64,000 nucleotides of DNA from Octopus vulgaris (Eukaryota), in NCBI GenBank assembly GCA_951406725.2, contig OX597832.1, positions 44,702,001-44,766,000 on the forward strand, in the 5' to 3' direction. Both the position numbers and the translations under genes were made by a program. The notes beneath the pieces were generated by a model. That model was not told the DNA's origin. It was given only the letters and a program-made list of their open reading frames with translations, and ran no database searches. Below, one piece after another: positions 1 to 11,579 of the stretch (its first letter is position 1; every line of letters begins with the position of its first letter).

Positions 1-11
1 TTTAAATTTAA

Positions 12-62
12 TTTGTCAAAATATTTTCGTCGCTTTGAGACCGCGACCTGTTCACTGACAAA
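12..62 (-). ncRNA. Minimal type-I hammerhead ribozyme-like motif with variant G3-C8 core, in a Penelope-like repeat
   Basis: Minus strand reads TTTGTCA-GTGAACA-G-GTCGC-GGTCTCAAA-GCGAC-GAAA-ATAT-T-T-TGACAAA: 7-bp stem I, 5-bp stem II, GAAA, palindromic AATATT stem III, UUU triplet. Confidence 0.6.
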
Positions 63-396
63 GCTTCGTGCTGCATATATAAAAATAACGATTATGATGA
101 TGATCCTAGTTCATAGGCATGGGCATGTGATAAAGAAGTCTGCCTCTGGGTCACAGGTTTGACCCTACTGAAGGGCAAAGCCATCCATCCTCTGCAGAGT
201 CTGAGCTTAGAGCATAATGAATTGGAAGAAATACTGCAAAGCATTTTCCTGACACTAACGATTCTGCCAGCTCATCACCTTAAAATAATAGAAACAAAAA
301 ACCTACAGCTAATCTTACTTTTCTAAAGGGCACTAAAACACTGAGTGTCTGTGTCCAAGGAAGTTAAAGAAGTTGTAAAAAGTGGTGATGTTATCT

Positions 397-748
397 TTAT
401 CGCTTTAGCATCTAGAATGTTTATTTATTCACATCAAGGGCATCCAGCCATAGAAACTCTGCCAGATCAGACTGGGCCTGATGCAGCCTTCTGGCTTCCA
501 GACCCCAGTTGAACCATCCAACCCATGCTAGCACGGAAAGCGGATGCTAAACGATGATGATGATGACGATGATGATGTTTTGAATTAATTACGAATTACC
601 TTCTAGCCTGAAGATTTTGATGATGTAATTGCATATTATAAGAATGACATTGTAGGGTAGATGTGAAAAATGAGATCTGGCCAGTTTGAATATAAAACAG
701 GTTGAATATTTGTGTCAGATATGGCTGGTTAAAATACTAAAAAGCTAA
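397..748 (+). mobile_element. piggyBac-type MITE family P1, degenerate, interrupted by a family C SINE tail
   Basis: Same body as 62926-63152 and 35091-35309; split at about 435/578. Confidence 0.75.
436..577 (+). mobile_element. SINE-like family C, 3' fragment with (GAT)n tail
   Basis: aagggcatccagccatagaaac...cccatgctagcacggaaagcgg...gatgatgat, shared with many copies. Confidence 0.85.
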
Positions 749-966
749 TCCTTTAGCATTCAGTTTACTCTGCCAAATGTAATGCTTATTTATTCTCATC
801 GTTTTCAATTAATCATGTATTATCTTCAAGATGTTGATGGTGTGATTGCTTCTTTTTAGAATGACATTATAGGATAGGTGTGAGAGGCCAGATCTGTCCG
901 GTTTGAACAGAGAAAAAAGGTATAACATTTGGGCTGGATATGGTCGGTTTTAATGCTAAAGATTCA
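746..966 (+). mobile_element. piggyBac-type MITE family P1
   Basis: Degenerate ccctttagcatt...aatgctaaag ends; body matches other P1 copies. Confidence 0.75.
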
Positions 967-1158
967 AGTCTAGAAATAAACAGAGATTGTAGTACTGAAT
1001 GTAGAATGGAAACTTGATTCACAAATTTAGCTGTTGTGATTGAAACAACAACATAATCAAAGACGTTAAAAGTACAATTAACTGTTGTGGTATGCTAATT
1101 ATCTTGCTTCTAGCAATTATTCGTACAGTCAAAATGATTATGTTTTGTATTTAACAGG

Positions 1159-1522
1159 TCTTTTACTCTTTTACTTGTTTCAGTCATTTGACTGTGGCCA
1201 TGCTGGAGCACTGCCTTTAGTCGAGCAAATCGACCCCAGGACTTATTCTACTTTGCCGAACTGCTAAGTTACGGGGACGTAAACACACCAGCATCGTTTG
1301 TCAAGTGATGTTGGGGGTACAAACAGACACACAAACACAGACACACCTACACACATATACGATGGGATTCTTTGTTTCTGTCTACCAAATCCACTCACAA
1401 GGCTTTGGTCAGCCCTAGGCTATAGAAGACACTTGCCCAAGGTGTTGCCATGCAGTAGGAATGAACCCGGAACCATGTGGTTCATAAGCAAGCTACATAC
1501 CACACAGCCACTCCTACGCCTA
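1159..1522 (-). mobile_element. tRNA-derived SINE family A, internal deletion
   Basis: Reverse complement of ggagtggctgtgtggt...gggttca..cccactgc...tgactgaaacaagtaaaagag. Confidence 0.9.
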
Positions 1523-1818
1523 TGTGTGGATATCTAAAAACAACCACCAATCCATCCCAATCACCAAAAGAATTATGCTTACATGTGATATGTAGCTCCC
1601 AATCTCTTTACTGTAAAAGATACTTGAATCAATATTAATTAAAATATTAATGAAATAATAGGTTTTTTTGTACATAAGCAGGCATGTAATTTAAGAAGTT
1701 CACTTTTTTTTGTACATAAGCAGGCATGTAATTTAAGAAGTTCACTTCACAATTATGTTGTCAACTATAACTTTGGGTTGATTAATTTCGTGTGAAATTT
1801 GGTATTCAGATCTGCTGA

Positions 1819-1854
<36 letters not shown>

Positions 1855-2371
1855 TTTTGTCTTGACATTACATGAGAGTTTCAAGTACTGCCATCTTAAA
1901 AGCAGTATCATTTGTTTTTAGTTGTCTGTGAAAACAGATACAAACAAGGGAATCAGGTGAGGGTTAGTGGCAGGAAGAGAATCTAGCCATAGAAAATCTG
2001 CCTCAACAAATTCCATGTGACCCATGCAAGCAAAGAAAAAGTGCATCCCGCATAGTGGGACTGAACCAAGAACCATGTGGTTGGAACGCAAGCTTCTTAC
2101 CTCACAGCCACACCTGCACCTATAAATAAATATGTGAGTGTATTTATATATATTTGTGTATATATAATTGTATACATATACACATGCATATACAAATACA
2201 TATATATATATATAATTGTGTGGCTTCCCAGACCCCAGTTGAACCGTCCAACCCATGGAGAGCGGACGTTAAAATACGATGATGATGATGATGTACTTGT
2301 GTGTGTATATATGTATATGTGTGTACATATGTATATATAATTGTATCCATATTCACATGCATATACAAATA

Positions 2372-2552
2372 CAGACAAAGGGATTGAGTCGATTACATCG
2401 ACCCCAGTTCGAAACTGGTACTTAATTCATCGACCCCGAAAGGATGAAAGGCAAAGTCGACCTTGGCGGAATTTGAACTCAGAACATAATGCCAGACGAA
2501 ATACTGCTAAGCATTTCGCCCGGCGTGCTACGTTTCTGCCAGCTTGCCGCCT
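2372..2552 (-). mobile_element. SINE family B (Meta-domain-like)
   Basis: Reverse complement of ctggcagaaacgtagcacgccgggcgaaatgc...gtcgactttgcctttcatcctttcggggtcgat. Confidence 0.85.
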
Positions 2553-4002
2553 TTACATACATACATACACATACATGTTAGTCTTACTGCAACTTTATTT
2601 TATTTTATTTCATTTCATCTAGTTTCAGCTCACAAGCTATGGCCATGCTGGGGCAACTCTACAAGTAGCATTGAGAACACACTATCTATCCTATGTGACT
2701 ACCGTCCTGCTGGACAATAACATAACAATATGTCTTAAAAATCCGAAGTCTTCTAATATAGGTTAGAAATCAATAATACACAATATTGCAAGCCAATCAA
2801 AAGTTTCGTCTAATCATTGCAACCATTGATTTCAAAGTTAACGACAACGAGTGTAAGGAGAGGAGGACCTGAAAGAAGCCAGCAGCCCAAAAGTAAACCT
2901 AAAATGGAAATGATTATCAGATACATATTGAAATATAAAATTCACCTGCTCTCTGCTGCTGCAAATGGAGCTTCAAATAATAAGAGACTGATGAGAGAGA
3001 AATAAAAAAAAAAGAAAAGCAACTCTGCTCGAAGAACTTCTTTAGAATATATTCATTTCCTCATGGAAGAACACGTGTAAAGAAATCTTTTCTACTCAAT
3101 CTATGTGATAGTAAATGTAAAAAAAAAAAAAAAAAAAAAATTTAAAGAACGGGGAGGAAAATAGAGAAGAAAAAAAAACAAAACAAAAAGGCTCTGCAAA
3201 TTTATAGAAAGTCAATTCTGGTATATTATTCGAGAGATATAATGTAGGTTTTTTGAAAGAAAGAAAGAAGGAAAATCATAAATGAATGAGATTGGATTCG
3301 AAGAATAGAAGAATTTGAATAACATTTTTGAACATGACTACAGAATAATTTTTATTAAGTGGATGTTTGAAGACCTAATGGATTATTAGAAAATTTCTGT
3401 TACAAATACATCAACAGGTGTAATGCAGCGAGCTGAAAAACTTTGATCACCTGTGGTTATCTAAGAAATCAGTAGATAAAAAACTCCTGTGTAGCATCTG
3501 AAATCCCAGAAACATGGAAGATAACTTCAATAAGATCAGATAACTGAAGTATTATAGACAATGTACACATGAGTGGATTTGGTCTTTAAAGCTAACTGGC
3601 AAAAGTAATAGACATGTTTCAGTATTACTTAACCCCATCAGCTGGAAAGCTGGAAAGTGACCAATACACATAAATCATCATCATTACCATCATCACCACT
3701 CTCTCTTCTAAAATCTGAATTATTATGCATCTCTTCTACAGTAAAAAAACCTGTTCTGCTCTGGGCCCCCTTCTTCTTATACTTCAGCCTTTCTTATCTC
3801 CCCCTCCTTGGATTTGTAGCTATGCAAGTTGCATAGTGACCACACTAAGTGGCATGAAAAAATGCATTCGTTATACAGTGTAAAGCAACTGGCATTAGGG
3901 AGGGCGTCCAGCCATAGAAACCATACCAAAGCAGACAATGGAGGTCCTTGGAGATATCTGATCCTGCCAAATCATCAACCAATACCAGCATAGAACATGA
4001 CA

Positions 4003-4168
4003 TTATGTTCTGAGTTCAAATTCCGCTGAGGTCGACTTTGCCTTTTTATCCTTTCGGGGTCGATAAATTAAGTACCAGTTACGCACTGGGGTCGATGTAA
4101 TCGACTTAATCCCTTTGTCTGTCCTTGTTTGTCCCCTCTATGTTTAGCCCCTTGTGGGTAATAAAGAA

Positions 4169-4170
<2 letters not shown>
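4003..4170 (+). mobile_element. SINE family B, 5'-truncated
   Basis: ttctgagttcaaattccgctgaggtcgactttgcc...agccccttgtgggtaataaagaaa. Confidence 0.85.
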
Positions 4171-4208
<38 letters not shown>

Positions 4209-4725
4209 TCACACCCCACCACTCACATACGTACATACAAGCATAGGGTGAGAGAGCGAGAAATATAGGTAATGTAGCGATGGTGATTTATGTTAACTGG
4301 ATTTACAAAGATTTTTCTTTCTGCCACTCAGCTCGTGCATTGATTGACATGCCACATCATCAGCATGCATTCAGAAGTAGACCTATTACACACGCACACA
4401 CACACACACACACACAAGAATATCGCATAAAAAGAAAGAGAGAAAGCCATGTTGGTAATTTGCAGCTAGCTCACATTTAAGCCTTTATCTATGATAAGTC
4501 ACAAGTGCAAATATTCTTTTGCATCAAAAACTGGCCTGAACAATCGGGATTACAATCATATATACATCAAAGGTTATGATTTTCTGAGTCAATAAAGCGT
4601 CTTTTGCTTTTTTTTCCTTACATAAGGCATCAGATTTATAGACTAGAAGTAAGTACTTTTGAAGATCATAGTTCTTTGAAGAGCACTAATAATGTAAATA
4701 AAATGGAGTTAATATTATACCCCTA

Positions 4726-5114
4726 GTGTGGAAGCACTCCATCGGTTACGACGACGAGGGTTCCGGTTGATCCGAATCAACGGAACAGCCTGCTCGTGAA
4801 ATTAACGTGTAAGTGGCTGAGCACTCCACAGACACGTGTACCCTTAACGTAGTTCTCGGGGATATTCAGCATGACACAGAGAGTGACAAGGCTGGCCCCT
4901 TTGAAATACAGGTACAACAGAAACAGGAGGTAAGAGTGAGAGAAAGTTGTGGTGAAAGAGTACAGCAGGGATCACCACCATCCCCTGCTGGAGCCTCGTG
5001 GAGCTTTAGGTGTTTTCGCTCAATAAACACTCACAATGCCCGGTCTGGGAATCGAAACCGCGATCCTATGACCGCAAGTCCACTGCCCTAACCACTGGGC
5101 CATTGCGCCTCCAC
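4726..5114 (-). mobile_element. tRNA-derived SINE family D (tRNA-Arg-like head), full length, tail type 1
   Basis: Head gtggaggcgcaatggcccagtggttagggc...ggtttcgattccc with A/B boxes; 14-bp TSD atattataccccta at 4712-4725 and 5115-5128. Confidence 0.9.
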
Positions 5115-5685
5115 ATATTATACCCCTAATGTTTATCTGTAAAAACAGTTGTGTCTCTTACAACTTCCTCCGCTACCTCACCAATTGATGAATTGTTTAT
5201 TCTAAATTGATTATAAGATTCTATCTGGAACTTTCTTTATCATTTGATTTTAATCTGATAAAAAGTTGTCCAATAGTACATCAAAATGGACAAGATAGAA
5301 TTAGACTAACTAAATGTGAGATTCCACCAAACTCACTTCACTGTAGCAAGGAGTTTAAGATATGGGATTAAGGGATTCCAAATAAGTTTTGTAATAACCA
5401 TTAATCCTGACCTTGATCCTAAAAAACTAGAACTTTTATTCCTATGTACTGTACCAAACATAGGCATTACAGATGCCTATTACAGAATCCTGAATGTGTA
5501 CAACTCTTCAAGCCAACACGAATAAGTAAGCCAAGTGAACATTTAAATTTTTAAATTCTATTTTTAATAAATCTGAACTTTTTGATTTGTAGAACTTCAC
5601 TTCTACAATTAATAACCAATGTAAACTTTAAAATTGAAATGTTTAACATAGTAATTCTTGAAAGTAAAAATAAACGTTGAATGTT

Positions 5686-5903
5686 TTAACCCCTTTTGTC
5701 TCCATATTTCTGTTGAGATACACCGCTTTTGTTTCAGTTTTGAAAATAATGAAGAACTTAATATAATAACCTTGTCATTATAGAACTGATGTTTAGAATA
5801 TAAATTAGTATGAAATTTTAATAGGTTTTAATTTAGTTCACTATAAAACGGTCAATTTATATCATAGAAGTACTCTCAGTTGTGTTTGTATCAAAAAGGT
5901 TAA
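5686..5903 (-). mobile_element. piggyBac-type MITE family P2, diverged
   Basis: ttaacccc...aggttaa ends; body similar to the reverse complement of 49977-50203. Confidence 0.65.
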
Positions 5904-8365
5904 TGTAATTGATAAATGATGACAAAAAAAATGTATGTGTGTGTATTAACAAACACATTATAGATTATCATAGTAGTAATAATTTATTAAAGGCAAGGGA
6001 AATACTCTAAGAGTTGTTTATGTATAAAAATAATGATGTTCCTCACAACTTCTTCCAGTACCAGCTACAGCTGCTGACAATATATGCCACTTTTAAGTCG
6101 ATTAAAGGATTATACCTAGAATTACCTTTATCACAACACAAACATTGCATAGCAGAGACACTTGACAATGGAAATCTCCAAAGCTCTGAGTTAATTTAAT
6201 CAAAGACATAAATTTAGCTTTAATGGCAGTCCAGAAGAGATCAGATTGTGGAAGGGAATAAATGAGAAGCTGTCACAACACAAGGACAATAAAATCTTTA
6301 GGAATTATAAACCAACTGCCATTAAAACATTTTTCACAAAATATAATCTTTGTTTTTTTTTTTTTTTTTAAGATCTATTCATACCTAGGAAAATAATTGG
6401 ATTGTATACTTGGTTTTCTTGAACTTTTCTTATAGTTTACAATGCTTGGCAATTTCATAGATAGAGGACATTAAATTAATAACTTCTATTCCACATGGAA
6501 GGTTCTGGTAACGACAGTTGAATAGGTTTAATTCTACATTTAGCAGCTAAGTTGAAAGACTGGTAAAAAAACCCCAAAAAAAAACCAAACTAAATCATAC
6601 GTTAACTCTAACAAACAGTAGAAATGTGGCTGTGTGGTAAGTGGTCTGCTTCCCAACCACATGGTTTCAAGTTCAGTTCCACAGCATGGCATTTTGAGTA
6701 GTCACATAGGATAGATAGTGTGTTCTCAATGCTACTTGTAGAGTTATAACAACAAGCAAGTAGCAGTAAGACTAACATGTATGTGTGTGTATGTATATAA
6801 AGGCAGTGAGCTGGCAGAAACGTAAGCACGCCAGGCGAAATGCTTAGCAGTATTTCGTCTGCATTGTTTAATAGAAATGTTTTAATATATGTCAAAATGA
6901 AGTTTCACTTTGCCCTTTGATGATCCTCATAGACTGAATTTAATTTTGAACGTTTGAATAAGCTCAGGTGTGGCTGTATGGTTAAGAAGCTTGCTTCCCA
7001 ACCATGTGGTCTTCGGTTCAGTCCCACTGCACAGTACCTTGGCCAGGTGTCTTTTGACTATATCCCTGACCAAGGAAGAAAAGGATGGAAGCAGTGAAAG
7101 CTGATCTTGTGATGCTGTGATGGAAAGGGCCAGTCCAACTCGAACAAGTGTAGAAAAACAGATGTAAAATGAGGATGATGATAAAATCAAAATGAACAAA
7201 ACACAAGTAGCATGTCACCACAAGAGAGGTCTTTCTTAACAACCCCCAAATCTTTTGGCACTTCTGTCTCTGTGCTCCCTAATTTGTTGGTCAATACCAT
7301 ATCATGAAAGAAAGTTAAGTACTTCAATCTAGTATAATTTAATGGCAGTTTTTTTTTTTTTATTATTTAAAATAATATCATGCCAGAGCTAAAAATGTAA
7401 TGCGAGAGATAGAAAGCTAATAATAAGCCGGGAAATCTTGTTATGAGCATTGTGGTTCGTTTCTATTGCCAAATAGTTAAGCAATTGTGCAAACATTATG
7501 CCAATTTTGTAATGAATGAATATTTCAAGAGTGAATGAATTGATTATCCTTCGCAAATCCTTCTCGGCAGAGTTCAATACAGCAATAACAAGAAAAAGAA
7601 AAAAAAAAAGACTACTTCTGGCCTAGAACTGACAAATGTAACAGCTTCATGGACAGAACATGCACATACAGACACACAGACACACACACAGACAGACACA
7701 AATGGAATAATCAACCATTGAGAATGAGCATAAAAAAGTTATGATAGCAGCTAAAGAGATCTAAATTCCTAATGCCCAACTGGACACATTTATTAAGGAA
7801 ATATTGATGACAACGCAATGTTGGTTACATTCACTGGTGTACAGCAGAGCTAAATGGAATCTAATAAATTATAGCTGAAGTTGAACAATAACGGCTTGAG
7901 TGAAAGGTCATCTCAGCAGAGTTTTGAATGAGTCCCAAAACTGAAAACACATTGGTCACTAATTAACTAAAATAAACTGTTTCTTATCTTCTTTATGTTG
8001 TGCAACAAGGATAAAATACAAAAATGAAATAACAAAAGAAAATAAAAATCAGTCCAAAAGGAGGATATTAAACTTATCGATTACAAGTCCAAAGTGCTGC
8101 AAGATAGTTGTATGAAAGTAGACTGCTCCGACAGATGTGTATGCAAGGAGGGAGGAATGGAAGGAAGAGAGAGAGACTTTCTTTATCTATGTGCAGTTGT
8201 CTACGTATGAAAATAATATAAGGAAACCTATTAATAAATACCAATCAGATTAAAACAAATATCTTAATTACGTCTGAATAATACTAACAACAACAATAAT
8301 AATGATAATGGTTTTAAATTTGGCACAAGGCCAGCAAGTTCAGGAGAGGGGATAAGCTGATTACA

Positions 8366-8830
8366 TCAACCCCAATACTTATTTCATCGACCCTGGAAGG
8401 ATCAACCTCAATACTTATTTTATTGACCCTGAAAGGATCAACCCCAATACTTATTTTATTGACCCTGAAAGGATCAACCCCAATATTTATTTTATCGACC
8501 CTGAAAGGATCAACCCCAATACTTATTTTATTGACCCTGAAAGGATCAACCCCAATATTTATTTTATCGACCCTGAAAGGATCAACCCCAATACTTATTT
8601 TATCGACCCTGAAAGGATCAACCCCAATACTTATTTTATCGACCCTGAAAGGATCAACCCCAATACTTATTTTATTGACCCTGAAAGGATCAACCCCAAT
8701 ACTTATTTTATTGACCCTGAAAGGATCAATCCCAATACTTATTTTATCGACCCTGAAAGGATCAACCCCAATACTTATTTTATCGACCCCGAAAGGATCA
8801 ACCCCAATACTTATTTTATCGACCCTGAAA
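8366..8830. repeat. 36-bp minisatellite, about 13 units, derived from a SINE Meta-like domain
   Basis: Unit tcaaccccaatacttattttatcgaccctgaaagga repeated head-to-tail without spacers. Confidence 0.95.
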
Positions 8831-8895
8831 GCTCTCTATTTGGTTTCAAGCTCCCAAAAGATGAACTGACACAAATTACAGACATATGCTGTAAT

Positions 8896-9490
8896 ATAGA
8901 AAACTGCTATTTGTAAATCTCTCAACGAGAGATATTCAGCACCAGTACTCTAGAGTAAAGATTATTTGCCAACGTAACATGGCAGTCCTGGTTTAGGATG
9001 AATGTTGCTCCAGCTGGCTATACGACACGCTCTGTGTTGTTACATTTGCATACAAGGGCACTTAGCCCCCCCCCCCAATCAGCTCAAAACAATATCTGTG
9101 TATCGCAATTTCCAGGTTATTTCCCTTCATAAGCACAGAATAACTGTTCAGCTAGAGATGGCACTGCTAAATTCCTGTTTGAACTATATAGTTTTCAAAG
9201 TGACAACTAGTCACTGATCTATAAAATAGAAAATTACGATTTGTAAATCTCTCAACGAGAGAAATTCAGCAACAGTACTCCAGAGTAAAGATTATTTGCC
9301 AACACAACATGGTAGTCCTGGTTTAGGACGAATGTTGCTGTAATTTAGCACCAGGAGACATCGTCTTGTTCAAAAATATAAGGAAAAAAGATCGTGTCAT
9401 ATAGCCACCTGGAGACAATGTCTCCTGGGGCTAAATTACAGCAACATTTGTCCTAAACCAGGACTGCCATGTTATGATGGCAAATAATCT
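8896..9490. repeat. Rearranged unclassified repeat with direct and inverted copies
   Basis: 8896-9009 is similar to about 9224-9338 (direct); about 9289-9366 is inverted at about 9413-9490. Confidence 0.8.
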
Positions 9491-9664
9491 ATATGCTGTG
9501 ATGCTGTATAGCAGAACTTACCCAAATCATGGGCAAAATGAATGGTAAAATTGTAAATTTTACCATCATCTCTCTTCTCTACCACCACCATGATCTCTCT
9601 TCTTCTCTCCCTTAGTTCCTCTTTTTCTCATAGATACACACACAAACACACACACATGCATGTA

Positions 9665-9995
9665 TTACTGGTATTCCATTGGTTACAACGACAAGGATTC
9701 CAGTTGATCTGATCAGCGGAACAGCTCATAAAATTAATGTGTATGTGGCTGAACACACCACAGACACGCATACCCATAACATAGTTCTCAGGGAGATTCA
9801 GCATAACAGAGTATGACAAGGCTGGCCCTTCAAAATACAGCTACTACTCATTTTTGCCAGCTGAGTGGACTGGAGCAATGTGGAATATAGTGTCTTGGTC
9901 AAGGACACAACACCTCATGATCATGAACTGAATACCCCCAACCGACCTCATGATCATGAGCTGAATACCCCCAACCATTAAGCCATGTGCCGTCA
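9665..9995 (-). mobile_element. Older SINE family D copy, tail type 1
   Basis: Similar to 4730-5110; short internal tandem duplication at about 9912-9976. Confidence 0.7.
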
Positions 9996-10017
9996 TGCAT
10001 ATAGATAGAAATATATC

Positions 10018-10054
<37 letters not shown>

Positions 10055-10644
10055 GCTCTAAACTTATGTTCTGAATAGGAGATCGATTAAAAATTTAATT
10101 TCAAATCATATTCATTAAACTCTCTCTTTCTCTCTCCTTTCAGCTTTTCAATTTTTTCATTCTCATATCTTACATACTCGGGTATTGTTCTGAAGTAATT
10201 AATATACAGAAATCCCCCTTTAACTACTAATGCAGTTTTGTGTAATTATTTATCAATCAACTCTTACAACAATGCATTTTCCTAGCTTTGGGCATAATCC
10301 GCACAGAGACTTCTAATTACTTTCTATTTCAATTAAAATTCACCTTGTTTACAAAATAATTAGCTTACATGAATGATGTAAAACAAATTTATACTTTGGT
10401 TCCACTACTGTTGGGCTATAAAAGTGATACTTTGCTGCTCAAAAATGATAATATCAAAATTTGGATGTCTATAATTTTGCATCAGCTCTTCTTTTGAGGC
10501 CGGAAACCAAACAGAGAGCTGGGCTTCTAAGTGCTTGTTCAAACTGCCAGAAATAGCAGCTAAATTTCATCAAGCCATCTTTAAAAAGTGAGAACATTAG
10601 TTTGATTTTAGCCTATATGAATTAAAGCTAAGGTTAGATTCTAA

Positions 10645-11035
10645 GGCTGTGTTAAGAAATCTGATTCCCAACCACATGGTTTAGGGTTCAAATCGCACTG
10701 CACAGTGCCACGGGCAAGTGTCTTCTGCTATAGCCCTGGGTTGAGCAAAACCTCATGGATTTATTAAGTAGACGGAAATTGAGGAAAGCCCATTGTATGT
10801 GTGTGTGTGTTTTGTGTCTACTTATCTTGACATCAAGTGATAATTGTAAACAAGCACCAGTGTCTCTCAAGTGATGTTGTTCATTTCCTATCTTCCATAT
10901 TTGGCCATGGGGAAATATTACTTGGCTTGGAAACAAAAAACTGAGACTTGGCATCAAAAAGGTAATCCAACCACAGAAAATTTGCCTCAGTGATTTGTCT
11001 GACTGATGCAAGTATGTAAAAGTTAAAATAATGAT
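10645..11035 (+). mobile_element. Older SINE with family A head and family C-like tail
   Basis: ggctgtgttaagaa...ccaaccacatgg...ggcaagtgtcttctgctatagcc...ttggcatcaaaaaggtaatccaacc; related copies at about 28130-28525(-) and 19745-20075(-). Confidence 0.7.
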
Positions 11036-11204
11036 AAGCTTCTGCACAGTCTAAAAAAATTTAGACTAAAAAAATTTAGACTAAAAAATTTAGTCTAAAA
11101 AAATTTAGACTAAAGATGAAAACCTGAAGACAAATACCTCACTCATAAATAAAATGAATTGCATTGTCTGTCTGTTAGTTTGCACTGATGTAATAACGAG
11201 ATTG

Positions 11205-11579
11205 GCACCTAGAGAGTTACCTTCTGAGGCACAAGTTGGAATTTTTGAAAAGTAAAAATTTTGCATTATGTAGCTTATTATTCTCTTTAAGTGAACATTT
11301 TTCTGGTTGAAATACACCAAAAAATGGCGACACAGCAGTCAAAAAATCATAAAAAATAGGGATTTTCATAGAAAAAAAAAGCACCTTTTTGATGTAAATA
11401 ATTTTTGGTCTTAACATGGTCCAATTTGAATTTTATCTTCTACGGAACGAAGAGCAAGCCTTCTTCTATCATACTCTCAATTTTGGTCAACTTGTGCCGC
11501 AGGGTCTCGGAGGAGATAGTGTTAGTTGAAGGCTACCAAACCTGCCACACACAGACAACTTCAGCTATATACATATAGA
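11205..11579 (-). mobile_element. Non-autonomous Helitron-like element, 3'-truncated
   Basis: Minus strand begins a|TCtatatgtatatagctgaagttgtctgtgtgt; shares tagagagttac and the 5' style with 51170-51540; no clear 3' hairpin. Confidence 0.55.

Noticed and set aside
51-80. Plus-strand hammerhead-like ctgacaa-agc/ttcgt/gct-gcat
   Set aside because: Core is broken (no G8, no GAAA) with no compensation, unlike the minus-strand fold.
1664-1746. About 42-bp tandem duplication; also 14-15-bp repeats at 11048-11113
   Set aside because: Ordinary slippage products with no sign of function.
8366-8869. CRISPR-like 36-bp repeats and the 148-aa repetitive ORF
   Set aside because: No spacers or cas genes, eukaryotic context; the ORF results from a stop-free unit whose length is a multiple of 3.
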